Assembly (NCBI GenBank): GCA_038153405.1
Contig: JAYOYH010000027.1
Location: 1-58,816, forward strand
Source of the DNA: Gemmatimonadota bacterium
GTDB lineage: Bacteria; Latescibacterota; UBA2968; UBA8231
Reading direction: 5' to 3'
Length of the DNA: 58,816 bases
This document shows, one piece after another, positions 41,145 to 50,665 of the stretch. Under the pieces are notes generated by a model. The model was not told the origin of the DNA. It saw only the letters and a list, made by a program, of their open reading frames with translations, and did no database searches. The translations under genes were made by a program, and so were the position numbers. Each line of letters opens with the position of its first letter. The stretch's first letter is position 1.

Positions 41145-43007
41145 TCAATCTTTTTTTGCAAGCGCTTCCTTGTACACTTCTTGGTCCCGTAAAACGTCGA
41201 TCGCTCTTTCCAACTGGGGATCTCCCTTGAGCTCTAGCTTCAGTTGGGCCTTTCTACCCTCGTAGCGAAGCGCCAGTTCTCTTTCCAACGCAAAGCGGAT
41301 TTCCGGTTCTACTTTTTCCGTAAATCCTTTTTGCCGCTCTGCAACAAATGCCGCTTCCAAGTTTTCTAGCGATGCTTCAACCTCTCCCCACCCCAATTCT
41401 TTGGCAATGTCCTTCAGCGAGCTGAGCTGGTCCAACCCTACCGTGTAGTCGTCTTTCTCGTTGGCCTTGCGGACGAATTGTCTAAAGGAATCCAACATCT
41501 CTCCGTCGACCTGCGGCCCCTCTGTTGCGCGATCGGCCTGGATGGAGTCGGCCGTGCTATAGTCCACCAGAAAATCAAAAAACAGGCGGCGGCGCTCGAG
41601 GTTTTGCACGTAGTGGGAAGGCGCGCGCGGCGCAACCACAATGTCGGGAGTAATTCCCCCTCCGCCAAATACCTTCCTGCCGCGCTGGGTGAAGTATTCG
41701 CTCTCGCTCAATTTGAGCGAGTCTGCTGCAGAGGAGGCCGATTCCATTCCCACCAAGTCGACCAGGCGCGTCTCCAGCAGCTTTTGCGCCACCGACGCAT
41801 CCATGTCGAAACGAGCCTGTATGGCGGCCAAGGCCGCCTCCCTATCGCTTGCTTCCAAAATGACGTCCATGACTAGGGCCGCTGGCAGTTGGCGATCGGC
41901 AATCTCAATGCGATTGGCCTGATCCGCTCCTCCCGAATACTCGCGGTGAATGCTGCGACCGCTGGGCGTGTAGTAAAGCGCCGTCGTCAGCTTGAGCGCA
42001 CTATCGGTTACTTCCTGCAGGTCAAATATGGTCTGAACGGAGCCCTTGCCAAACGAAGTAGTGCCCACCAGAACGCCCCTGTCGTTGTCCTGGATAGCTC
42101 CGGCCACGATTTCAGAAGCGCTGGCACTGCCGTCGTCGATGAGCACGACCAGGGGCAGTTCGCCCAAAACGGGACGGCGCTGCGAGTGCTTGATTTCCTC
42201 GCGCCGGCCCTCGCGCTCGCGGATCGACACGATCGGAGCCCCTTTGGGCAAGAATAAATCGGCCACTTGGGTCGCCTGACTGAGCAAACCTCCTGGATTG
42301 CCGCGCAGATCGAGGACTATGCCCGTTACCCCCTTTGTCAGCAACGACTTGATGGCCTGCTCAACTTCCTCTGAGGTGCTCTCCGAAAACCGCGTTTGAC
42401 GCATGCTGATATAGCCTACGCCCGCGCGGATCTCCTCTGCCAGTGACACGCTTTTAATCTCAATCACTTCGCGTTCTATCACGACCTCGTGCCTTGGGCC
42501 GCCGAGTCGGTGGACAATCTCAATGCGCACTTCTGTCCCCGGTTCCCCTCGCAGTGCATCGACGATGGCCTCCAGCGACATGTCGCGGGTATCGGCCCCT
42601 TCGACGGCTACGATCAAGTCTCCGGAGCGCAAACCGGCTCGCGACGCCGGCGTATCCTCAATCGGCGAGATAACAACCGGATAGTGGTCCTTTATTGCCA
42701 CGGTGATACCCAACCCCGCGAATTTGCCCGTCGTATCCTGGCGCAGCTGACGCAGGCCTTCCTCATCATAGAATTGGCTGTACGAATCGAGTTGGTCCAG
42801 CATGCCCTCAATTGCCGCCATCATGATCTCGTTCTGATCCAAGTTGGCGTAATAATTGTCGACTATGCGCGCGTAGACCGCACCAAAGCGCTCCCAGCCC
42901 GCATTGACCTCTTTGTACGGATCGGCCGGCGCCGCCGCCGCTACCAGTGGAATGCAGAGCGCTACCCATACCATGCCAAACGGCATTTTCTTCATAAACC
43001 GTCTCAT
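41145..43007 (-). CDS. C-terminal processing protease (S41, CtpA/Prc family) with PDZ domain
   Basis: Signal peptide; GLGI PDZ, DLRGNPGG, SASASEIVAG, FGKGSVQ motifs. Confidence 0.95.
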   Translation of the reverse strand: MRRFMKKMPFGMVWVALCIPLVAAAAPADPYKEVNAGWERFGAVYARIVDNYYANLDQNEIMMAAIEGMLDQLDSYSQFYDEEGLRQLRQDTTGKFAGLGITVAIKDHYPVVISPIEDTPASRAGLRSGDLIVAVEGADTRDMSLEAIVDALRGEPGTEVRIEIVHRLGGPRHEVVIEREVIEIKSVSLAEEIRAGVGYISMRQTRFSESTSEEVEQAIKSLLTKGVTGIVLDLRGNPGGLLSQATQVADLFLPKGAPIVSIREREGRREEIKHSQRRPVLGELPLVVLIDDGSASASEIVAGAIQDNDRGVLVGTTSFGKGSVQTIFDLQEVTDSALKLTTALYYTPSGRSIHREYSGGADQANRIEIADRQLPAALVMDVILEASDREAALAAIQARFDMDASVAQKLLETRLVDLVGMESASSAADSLKLSESEYFTQRGRKVFGGGGITPDIVVAPRAPSHYVQNLERRRLFFDFLVDYSTADSIQADRATEGPQVDGEMLDSFRQFVRKANEKDDYTVGLDQLSSLKDIAKELGWGEVEASLENLEAAFVAERQKGFTEKVEPEIRFALERELALRYEGRKAQLKLELKGDPQLERAIDVLRDQEVYKEALAKKD

Positions 43008-43014
43008 GTCTCGA

Positions 43015-43647
43015 TTAAAGCCACGCCCACCGCGTTAGGAGGGCTTTGCGGATGGCCTCGGCAACCTCTTCTTGGCCGGGGCGCGCATCAATTTCAATGG
43101 CCTGTGCATCGCCTGCGAAAATGGACTCATACCCCAACGCCACGCGCTCCTGTAACTCGTCTCCGGCCTCTTCCAAGCGATCCGCCTTTTGCGCGCGATT
43201 ATGCCGGCGAACGCGGGCGTCCTCAACCGACAGACGCAGAAAAATCGTTGCGTCCGGCAGGCATGAACCCACGGCAAACTGGTTTACCTGCTCGACCAAG
43301 CCTCTCTCCAGACCGCGCCCGAACGATTGATAGGCTACCGTAGATGCGGTAAATCGGTCGCAGACGACGACCTTTCCCGCTGCCAAGGAGGGCCGAATAA
43401 GTTCTTCTACATGCTGGGAGCGACTCGCCGCATAAAGGAAGAGCTCCGTGCGATGAGCTATTTCTGGCACATCAGGATCCAAAACAAGCTGGCGGATGCG
43501 TTCGGCTGCCGGCGTGCCACCGGGTTCGCGCGTGCGCACGACATCGTGGCCGCGCTGCTGTAAGAATTGCGTCAGGATCCCTGTTTGGGTCGTCGTACCG
43601 CTACCATCGATGCCTTCGAACGCGAAGAATAGGCCCTCTCTAGGCAT
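43015..43647 (-). CDS. tmk: Thymidylate kinase
   Basis: FEGIDGSGTTTQ, TREPGG, CDRF, AYQ motifs. Confidence 0.96.
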   Translation of the reverse strand: MPREGLFFAFEGIDGSGTTTQTGILTQFLQQRGHDVVRTREPGGTPAAERIRQLVLDPDVPEIAHRTELFLYAASRSQHVEELIRPSLAAGKVVVCDRFTASTVAYQSFGRGLERGLVEQVNQFAVGSCLPDATIFLRLSVEDARVRRHNRAQKADRLEEAGDELQERVALGYESIFAGDAQAIEIDARPGQEEVAEAIRKALLTRWAWL

Positions 43648-43680
43648 TGGTGGACTGTGCGAATAGGAGGAGCGGATGGA

Positions 43681-44304
43681 TCAGGACGACCCCTGCTGAA
43701 CCGGATTAGCAACATTGGGGCTCGCCTTGAGTTTGTTGCGGATGTAGGTCAGGCGCTCAATAACAGTGTAGTTCGTCGTCACTGCGAGAAGGACCAGAAC
43801 GAAGACCAGTCCATTATGGCCCACGAAGCAACCCAACGCCAGCGCCAACAGTCGTTCGGGGCGCTGCATGAAGCCCACCTTGCAGTCCTCTCCCAGCCCT
43901 TCGGCGCGGGCGCGGACGTAGCTGACCATTAGGGAACCCGTGATCGCAAAGAAGAGGATGCCACTAGCAATCCACTCGTCCCGGCCTATGAGATACGCAC
44001 CGATGCCAAAGTAGATGAAGATCTCCGAGTATCTGTCTGTCGTCGAATCGAGCAAGGCACCAAACTTTGTCTCTCTGCGGCCTTCGCGCGCTACCTGGCC
44101 GTCGAGGATATCACATAGGCCGGCCAACATCATCACGGCTGCGCCCCAACGCAGTTCGCCCCGGGCGAAGACAACCGTCGCGCCGATGTTCATAACCAAG
44201 CCGATCAGGGTAAGCCAATCCGGACGGAAACCCAATCGAATGAACAAACGGACCAGCGGTCTGAGAACCGCCAGCGAGAGCGGTTTAAAATATTTATCTA
44301 ACAC
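43681..44304 (-). CDS. CDP-alcohol phosphatidyltransferase
   Basis: DILDGQVAR...FGALLDSTTDR signature; SYVRARAE. Confidence 0.93.
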   Translation of the reverse strand: MLDKYFKPLSLAVLRPLVRLFIRLGFRPDWLTLIGLVMNIGATVVFARGELRWGAAVMMLAGLCDILDGQVAREGRRETKFGALLDSTTDRYSEIFIYFGIGAYLIGRDEWIASGILFFAITGSLMVSYVRARAEGLGEDCKVGFMQRPERLLALALGCFVGHNGLVFVLVLLAVTTNYTVIERLTYIRNKLKASPNVANPVQQGSS

Positions 44305-44398
44305 AGTGCAAGCCGATGAGAGTGATCAATGACAAACCCTGAACCTATAAAATATACGGCAACTATCTCCCCTATTGCAAGGTATTTATATCTCAAAA

Positions 44399-44581
44399 TT
44401 GTTCACAAGCTAACCTGTCCACTTATTCACAAATTAGCCAGCGGCGGGCATTAACTACCTGGCACCTAGCACCCCTATCTAGTCGATTTTATTCGTGTTT
44501 TTAGCGGCTAACTCCCGCTTTTACCCTCTCTTTTTTTATCAACATGGGTATGGTGAATAACTTTGTCCAATGTGTTAATAA
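44399..44581. promoter_or_regulatory. DnaA-box cluster outside the dnaA-dnaN gap
   Basis: Consensus TTATTCACA at 44423; one-mismatch boxes TTGTTCACA 44399, TTATCAACA 44536, reverse TTATTCACC 44552-60 and reverse TTATTAACA 44573-81. Confidence 0.7.
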
Positions 44582-45234
44582 TTTAGGGGCACGCGCCCCA
44601 AGCGCATCACCTCATCTCTCCACTGCACTACCACCTGCTCGGCGCCTTCTACCGGCGATTTACCGCGAGGGTCTAGCGTGCAAAAAAGCCAAGCGGATGG
44701 GCGAACGTGCGACCGAACCCAGGCCTTTAGTTCCTGCGGATCGCCTACCGAACGGGCCGTGACAACGTCGGCTGCAATCGGCTCTTTCCAATCCTCCACC
44801 CTCTCGTTTATTATTACCGCATATTCTAAGCCGAGTGCCCGCACGGTCTGCTTGAGAAAGTTCGCTCTTCGACGGCGACTCTCTATCAGATAGAAGGCGG
44901 TATCCGGCAAACAAATTTTTAGGGGGATGGCCGGTATGCCCGAGCCCGAGCCGACGTCAATGACGGTCTCGTGCGGAACCGATTGAATGTGCGGAACCAT
45001 CGCCAGCGCACGCCAAACGTGCCGCGTTGCCAAGGACTCGCGCTCGTGCGGCGAAACGAGATTGAGCTTTATCGACGCCTGGTAGAGCAAGTAGACGTAG
45101 GCACACAACTTAGCCCACCTCTCCTCCGTAACGGCTACGGTGCTGCTCAGAGCCCACTCCCTTAACGCCTCTAAATCGCTCTTAAGGCGCGACGGTATAT
45201 TCTCCAACCTCTTCCTCTCGCGGCTTTGTTTCAC
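44575..45234 (-). CDS. rsmG: 16S rRNA m7G527 methyltransferase
   Basis: LNLVS, RHV, IDVGSGSGIPAIPL, VVTARSV motifs. Start uncertain because the GTG lies within parS. Confidence 0.92.
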   Translation of the reverse strand: MKQSRERKRLENIPSRLKSDLEALREWALSSTVAVTEERWAKLCAYVYLLYQASIKLNLVSPHERESLATRHVWRALAMVPHIQSVPHETVIDVGSGSGIPAIPLKICLPDTAFYLIESRRRRANFLKQTVRALGLEYAVIINERVEDWKEPIAADVVTARSVGDPQELKAWVRSHVRPSAWLFCTLDPRGKSPVEGAEQVVVQWRDEVMRLGRVPLNY

Positions 45235-45242
45235 GTGAAACA
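45227..45242. promoter_or_regulatory. parS centromere site 1
   Basis: Perfect palindrome TGTTTCACGTGAAACA. Confidence 0.93.
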
Positions 45243-45272
45243 GAACGGCCCATCGCCCATTTGCTCTATTAC

Positions 45273-45288
45273 TGTTTCACGTGAAACG
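45273..45288. promoter_or_regulatory. parS centromere site 2
   Basis: TGTTTCACGTGAAACG (one mismatch). Confidence 0.9.
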
Positions 45289-45291
45289 CGT

Positions 45292-46641
45292 TTATTTGCC
45301 GATGCAAAACTCTGCAAAAATCGCGTCGAGCACATCTTCATCAACGCGCTCGCCAAGGAGAGCGCCCAGGCTATGAAGGGCTTCTTGCAGTTCGGCTGCA
45401 ACGCATTCATCTGGCTGGCCGGTGTCGAGCAATTGGCAGGCGGACTCCGTTCGATTCATCATAGAGAGGAGGCATTCCCGGTGCCGCTGGCGGGTGAGCA
45501 CGACCCCTCCCGCCGAGAGGTCTCGGGGAAGCAATGCAAGCGCAACCTTCCTCAGTTCCTCCATCCCAACGCCCGTAAGTGCTGAAATTTCAACAACTGT
45601 TCTATTGCCAAAAAGGGCACCGCTCTTTGCTGGAGATCGCTGGTCTATTTTATTGAAGACAACGAGGCATTGTTTGTGATGGAGCTCTTGGCAAAGCTGA
45701 AGTTCCCTACCGATATCATCCTCCATCGCATCGATGACGAGAAGGACGAGGTCGGCTTCGTCTGCCATCTTTTTTGCTCTGAAAATCCCTTCGGCCTCAA
45801 TCGGGTCCGGGCTAGCACGCAGGCCAGCAGTGTCTACTAGGCGAATGCTGCGCCCCTCCCAAGCCGTGCGTCCTTCGATCAGATCACGCGTCGTGCCGGG
45901 AATCTCTGTTACTATGGCCCGCTCTTCGTCAAGTAAGGCGTTTAACAGCGTAGACTTACCGACGTTCGGCCGGCCCACAAGCGCAATGAGATAGCCCTGC
46001 ATTCTTCGGCGCCCCGCTGCGAACGAGTCGACTAGCTGCCGAGCGCGACGGACGATGGCCTCTAGCTCTGCGCCAACGAGATGACGAGAAATTGGGTCGA
46101 TGTCTTCTTCTGAAAAGTCCAATCCGACTTCCACTTTTGCCAAGCTCTCGACCAGCGATTTTTTTAGCGTGCGAACTTCCTTTGACAGGCGTCCGCCGGC
46201 TAAGCTGTAGGCATCTTCGAGCCCACTTTCACTGGAGGCCTGTATAAGGTCGACAACGGCTTCGGCCTGAAGTAGATCGAGCTGGCCGTTCAAAAAGGCC
46301 CTGCGGGTAAATTCGCCGGGAGCGGCTGTTCGGGCACCCAATTTAATGGCTTCATTAACAACTAGTTCGAGAATTATGGTGCTCCCGTGGCAGCTAATTT
46401 CTACGGTATCTTCGCCCGTGTAGGAGCGCGGGGCTCGGAATGCCCAAGCCAGGGCCGTATCAACTTCTTGGCCCTCGACGGAGACCTTTCCGTATTCAAC
46501 GTAGCGGATACGCGAGCCAATAGGAGGAGTCGACAGAAAAAGCTGTTGGGCAATGGGTATGGCTTGGGGGCCGCTGATCCGTATGATGCCCACGCCCCCT
46601 TCTCCCGGGGGCGTGGAAATCGCTACAATAGTTTCTTCCAT
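45292..46641 (-). CDS. mnmE: tRNA modification GTPase MnmE/TrmE
   Basis: TIVAISTP, GEFTRRAFLNG, GRPNVGKS, DTAG, NKID and C-terminal FCIGK. Confidence 0.98.
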   Translation of the reverse strand: MEETIVAISTPPGEGGVGIIRISGPQAIPIAQQLFLSTPPIGSRIRYVEYGKVSVEGQEVDTALAWAFRAPRSYTGEDTVEISCHGSTIILELVVNEAIKLGARTAAPGEFTRRAFLNGQLDLLQAEAVVDLIQASSESGLEDAYSLAGGRLSKEVRTLKKSLVESLAKVEVGLDFSEEDIDPISRHLVGAELEAIVRRARQLVDSFAAGRRRMQGYLIALVGRPNVGKSTLLNALLDEERAIVTEIPGTTRDLIEGRTAWEGRSIRLVDTAGLRASPDPIEAEGIFRAKKMADEADLVLLVIDAMEDDIGRELQLCQELHHKQCLVVFNKIDQRSPAKSGALFGNRTVVEISALTGVGMEELRKVALALLPRDLSAGGVVLTRQRHRECLLSMMNRTESACQLLDTGQPDECVAAELQEALHSLGALLGERVDEDVLDAIFAEFCIGK

Positions 46642-46670
46642 GGATACGCTTGCAGCGCTAGCGTCGCAGT

Positions 46671-48368
46671 TTATTTCTTGAGGTGGTTAACGAGAACCTG
46701 CTGCCCAATGGTAAGAACATTGAAGAGGGTCCAGTAGAGTACCAGACCCGAAGACATACTCCAGAAGAAAAAGATCATAAGCACGGGCATGAAGTATACC
46801 AAAAACGCCTGCTTGGGATCTTTCATCGTCATCTTTTGCTGAATGAGCATGGATACGGCCATCAACAGAGGTAGGATATGTAGGCTAAATCCTCCGACGA
46901 GCACCTCATCTGGGATGGAAAGATCGGTAATCCAGAGGGCAAAGGGAGCTTGGCGTAGCTCAATCGTCTTGCTGAACACATTGTAGAGAGCGAAGAAAAT
47001 CGGCATTTGCAGAAACATCGGCAGACAGCCGCTAATTGGGTTAACGCCCTCCTCTTTGTAGAGCTTCATCGTTTCTTGGCTGAGGCGCTGGGAATCGTTT
47101 TTGTACTTTTCGCGCAGGGCTGCTATTTTGGGCTGCAGCTCCTGCATTTTGCCAGCGGACTCGTAGGTCTTATGGGTTAAGGGATAGACGATAATCTTAA
47201 TCACCACTGCAAAGAGAACGATGATCCAGCCGTAGTTTGGAATATAGCTGTGGGTCGATTTGAAGGCGATGAGCAAAAACTTGCTCACGCTGCGGATAAC
47301 GGGCCAGCCAAAGTCAATGGCCTGCTCCAACCCCACTTCGTAGCGAACCAGGTTATCGTAGTTAAGCGGGCCGAGATAAATGGTGCTGTTCCAACTACCA
47401 GAAGAGCTAAGCTGCCGGCCAATTTCATAGCTGTAGTTCGGTATGGGGCTGGAACCGGTGCGATCTCCCCGCAGTTCGGCGCGGTAGCGGGCCTGCTGTT
47501 GGGTTGGGATAATGGCCGAGAGAAAATACTTGCTGCGGGCACCGACCCAGTTCAAATCGCCTTCGTCTGCCCAAGAGTCGCGCTCCCCGTTATCCACCTT
47601 GATTTCGACGCGCTCGTCGTTAAAGGATGCGATAGCGCCCATTTCGGGCAGATCGCTGTCGGGGTTGCTTTCCGTAAAGGGGATTCCTCCTTGCCAACCA
47701 AGAATAGCGTCAACGTCTTCAGAAAAGCCCGCGTAGCGCAGTTCCAAATCAAAGGCGTATCGATCAGAGTAGAAGGTAAACACCTTCTCGATGATCCGTC
47801 CTCCCTCCAACTGGGCCCGCATGGTAAGGGTGCCTTGCCCATCGCTAACGACGAGTTTTTCTCGGCTGGGCTCAAACTCAACTCGCGAAAGGTCTTCAAC
47901 GGTGTCAATCTGCTGCAAGCGAACGGTCAGACCTGAACGTTGGGGAGCTATGAGTTGAACGGGGCGACCATCGGGGAGGGTGAACAGCTGGAGAAGCGCA
48001 GACTGAATCGTGCCTCCCCGAGTTGAGAGAGTCAGGTTCACCAAAGGGGTTTCAACGGCTATCATCTTGGGCGAAAAGACAGGGTCGGCAGCCGTTGGCG
48101 TGGATATTAGCGCCTCTTTGTTCTGCGGGCGCCCGCTATCGGCAGGTTTTTCACCATCTGATAGCACCTCGAAGGGCTGCTCTAAACGCTGTCGAGGGCT
48201 GGTTTCCTCAGCTATTTGCTCTGTCCCTTGTTCCAACGCTGGCACCGAATCCCCCTCGGAGGGGCCTTCGGGTTTGGGCGATAAGCCCATCCACTCGTAG
48301 TAATAGGGTGAAAGCAGGAATATGAGACCGATTAACAAAAACCCGAGTAGTGTGCGCTTGTCATCCAT
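46671..48368 (-). CDS. yidC: Membrane protein insertase YidC
   Basis: IDFGW, NYGWII, GVNPISGCLPMFLQMP, GLVLYW motifs. Confidence 0.97.
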   Translation of the reverse strand: MDDKRTLLGFLLIGLIFLLSPYYYEWMGLSPKPEGPSEGDSVPALEQGTEQIAEETSPRQRLEQPFEVLSDGEKPADSGRPQNKEALISTPTAADPVFSPKMIAVETPLVNLTLSTRGGTIQSALLQLFTLPDGRPVQLIAPQRSGLTVRLQQIDTVEDLSRVEFEPSREKLVVSDGQGTLTMRAQLEGGRIIEKVFTFYSDRYAFDLELRYAGFSEDVDAILGWQGGIPFTESNPDSDLPEMGAIASFNDERVEIKVDNGERDSWADEGDLNWVGARSKYFLSAIIPTQQQARYRAELRGDRTGSSPIPNYSYEIGRQLSSSGSWNSTIYLGPLNYDNLVRYEVGLEQAIDFGWPVIRSVSKFLLIAFKSTHSYIPNYGWIIVLFAVVIKIIVYPLTHKTYESAGKMQELQPKIAALREKYKNDSQRLSQETMKLYKEEGVNPISGCLPMFLQMPIFFALYNVFSKTIELRQAPFALWITDLSIPDEVLVGGFSLHILPLLMAVSMLIQQKMTMKDPKQAFLVYFMPVLMIFFFWSMSSGLVLYWTLFNVLTIGQQVLVNHLKK

Positions 48369-48396
48369 AGGGGTATACTCTAATTCCCGTTACGCG

Positions 48397-48606
48397 TTAG
48401 GGCACCGGATCGTATCCACTCCCTCCCCAAGGATGGCAGCGAACGATCCTCTTTGCCGTCATCCAACTCGCCTTTACAACGCCGTATTTGCCCAGGGCAT
48501 CAAGGGCGTATTGCGAACAGGTTGGATGAAAACGACAGGATGGGGAAAGAAAGGGTGAAACGAGAAGTCGGTAGGCTTGGACAGCCCATATGAAAAGGTG
48601 TTTCAT
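48397..48606 (-). CDS. yidD: Membrane protein insertion efficiency factor YidD
   Basis: CRFHPTCSQY, RCHPWGGSGYDPVP. Confidence 0.96.
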   Translation of the reverse strand: MKHLFIWAVQAYRLLVSPFLSPSCRFHPTCSQYALDALGKYGVVKASWMTAKRIVRCHPWGGSGYDPVP

Positions 48607-48863
48607 GAAGCAGATAGTTCAGACAGCAACATCTTCAACTCCTGCTCTAAATCGGAGAATTTCGCCAGAGTTGCAGAGGGCTGACAGAAGACGACCAAAC
48701 TCACAGGTAAACCGGTGCCGTTTGATCGACAGATTGCGCGAAGTCGTCTTTTCAAACGATTTCGCGCGACAGCAGTGCCAAGTTTGCGCCGGACGACGAA
48801 GATTGTGCCCTGCTTTTCCCGACCGTGCCGGACCCAAAGGTGAGACCCCCTGATCCAGCTCAT
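48603..48863 (-). CDS. rnpA: Ribonuclease P protein component (short)
   Basis: RNR motif KLGTAVARNRLKRRLR; lies between rpmH and yidD; GGGAGG RBS. Confidence 0.88.
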   Translation of the reverse strand: MSWIRGSHLWVRHGREKQGTIFVVRRKLGTAVARNRLKRRLRAICRSNGTGLPVSLVVFCQPSATLAKFSDLEQELKMLLSELSAS

Positions 48864-48874
48864 ACAGCCTCCCG

Positions 48875-49009
48875 CTATACGGCTAAGCGCTTGCGTCCCC
48901 TGCGGCGGCGGCGGTTGAGAATGGCGCGCCCGGAAGGAGTGCTCATGCGTTTGCGAAAACCGTGCTTGTTCCGACGCTTTCGATTGCTGGGCTGAAAGGT
49001 TCGTTTCAC
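48875..49009 (-). CDS. rpmH: 50S ribosomal protein L34 (below the ORF-track size cutoff)
   Basis: GTG start; [44 protein letters not shown]. Confidence 0.98.
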   Translation of the reverse strand: MKRTFQPSNRKRRNKHGFRKRMSTPSGRAILNRRRRRGRKRLAV

Positions 49010-49060
49010 GTTCTCTGTCCTATTTTACAGTTTCTTTTTAAGCGTTTGTCCAAACTTACA

Positions 49061-49146
49061 ATATTAATACCAATCGTTTAATATGTCAATATTGATTACG
49101 GTTGACCGGTTATTGTCTTGACTATCAATGCCTAATTGTATAGCTT
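49061..49146. promoter_or_regulatory. Divergent sigma70 promoters of rpmH and dnaA
   Basis: Minus strand TTGACA-17-TAATAT (49089-49061); plus strand TTGACT-17-TAGCTT (49118-49146). Confidence 0.55.
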
Positions 49147-49186
49147 GAGTTCGTCTTCCCAATCCACTCAAAATAACAGACGATTC

Positions 49187-50665
49187 ATGGCTCTGGATTC
49201 ACAGGATCCCCACGAACTCTGGGCACAATGTCTCCTGGCTATTGAGCGCCGCGTCCGTGCCCAGAGCTTTGCAAACTGGTTTAGACCAACGCAAATAGCC
49301 CGCTTTGACGGGGAAATGCTCGTTATTCAGGTGCCGAGTGTCGTCTCTGCCGATTGGCTCGAAAAGCACTATTTGGGCCTTATTGAAGACGTCGTCGCCG
49401 AAGAAACGACACTCTGTCCAAAAGTTACGTTCACTATAGAGGGTACAGCCCTTGCTCCAGAAAACGCACCCGAGAGAAAGGGGTCTGGAGGACGTGAACC
49501 AGGAAACCACTCAACGGAGACCTACCCCGCAAATACGTCCAATGCTCCCGCTCAAGTAACAGCTACTCCGCCCCCCTCTGCGATTGGCCCACCAACCGAT
49601 GTAGGCGATGAGGAACAGCCCTTTTCTCCGCTGAATGTAAGCTACACCTTTGACGGCTTTATCATTGGAGAAGGCAATCGCTTTGCTCATGCAGCAGCGT
49701 TGGCCGTCGCCAAGTCGCCGGGCAAAACACAGTTCAACCCGCTGTTTATTTTCGGCGGAGTCGGTCTGGGCAAGACGCATCTTTTACAAGCCATTGGAAA
49801 TTACGCGTGCGCAAATAACCTAGCCCGGCGAGTGGCCTATGTGCCGTCGGAAAAGTTTATGAGCGATTTCATCGAATCGCTTAAAAACCGCAGTTCGGCC
49901 GATTTCCAACGCCTGTATCGCAGCGCCGACATTTTGCTGATTGACGACATCCAGTTTCTGTTTTTACGCGGCGAACACACCCAGACCGAGTTCTTTCACA
50001 CGTTCAATGCCCTCCACCAAAACGGCAAGCAGATTGTAATGACCTGCGATAGCCCGCCGGAAAAGCTCGAAGGACTGGAGGAGCGGCTGCTCTCCCGCTT
50101 TCAATGGGGACTCGTCACGCCGATTGAACCACCGGACTTGGAAACCCGCATAGCAATTCTGCACCAGAAAGCCGAGATCAACGGCATCCCCCTACCGAAC
50201 GACGTCGCCGCTTTCTTAGGTAGCTATATCAGCTCAAACGTTCGCGAACTAGAGGGGGCCCTCATTCATTTAATGGCTTACTGCTCCGTTCACAATACAG
50301 AGCTAACCGTTGAGGCTGCCAAGCACATTGCCCGCGAACGTGGCCCTGACCCCACGACGGAGCTAAATATTGAATCAATCCAGCGATATGTTGCAAATCA
50401 CTTTGATCTGACGCTGGACACTTTGATCGGGAAGACGCGCAAACAAGAAGTTGCCGCTGCTCGTCATATTGCTATGTTTTTGGCCAAGCGCCTAACTCCG
50501 CATCCCTTGAAGATGATTGGTTTGCACTTTGGCAACCGCGACCACAGCACGGTGGTCCATGCCGTGCAAGCCATTGAGAAGAAGTGTAAGAAAGATCCCT
50601 CTTTTGCCCGCATGATCGAAGATTTTACATCTGCTATAAAACAAAAATACGCTCCAACGTTCTGA
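49187..50665 (+). CDS. dnaA: Chromosomal replication initiator DnaA
   Basis: NPLFIFGGVGLGKTHL, LLIDDIQF, SNVRELEG, RDHSTVVHA motifs. ATG 49187 chosen as start. Confidence 0.98.
   Translation: MALDSQDPHELWAQCLLAIERRVRAQSFANWFRPTQIARFDGEMLVIQVPSVVSADWLEKHYLGLIEDVVAEETTLCPKVTFTIEGTALAPENAPERKGSGGREPGNHSTETYPANTSNAPAQVTATPPPSAIGPPTDVGDEEQPFSPLNVSYTFDGFIIGEGNRFAHAAALAVAKSPGKTQFNPLFIFGGVGLGKTHLLQAIGNYACANNLARRVAYVPSEKFMSDFIESLKNRSSADFQRLYRSADILLIDDIQFLFLRGEHTQTEFFHTFNALHQNGKQIVMTCDSPPEKLEGLEERLLSRFQWGLVTPIEPPDLETRIAILHQKAEINGIPLPNDVAAFLGSYISSNVRELEGALIHLMAYCSVHNTELTVEAAKHIARERGPDPTTELNIESIQRYVANHFDLTLDTLIGKTRKQEVAAARHIAMFLAKRLTPHPLKMIGLHFGNRDHSTVVHAVQAIEKKCKKDPSFARMIEDFTSAIKQKYAPTF

Noticed and set aside
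45226..45585. ORF beginning MFHVKQ
   Set aside because: This is the classic translation artefact of a parS palindrome, and it lies antisense to mnmE.
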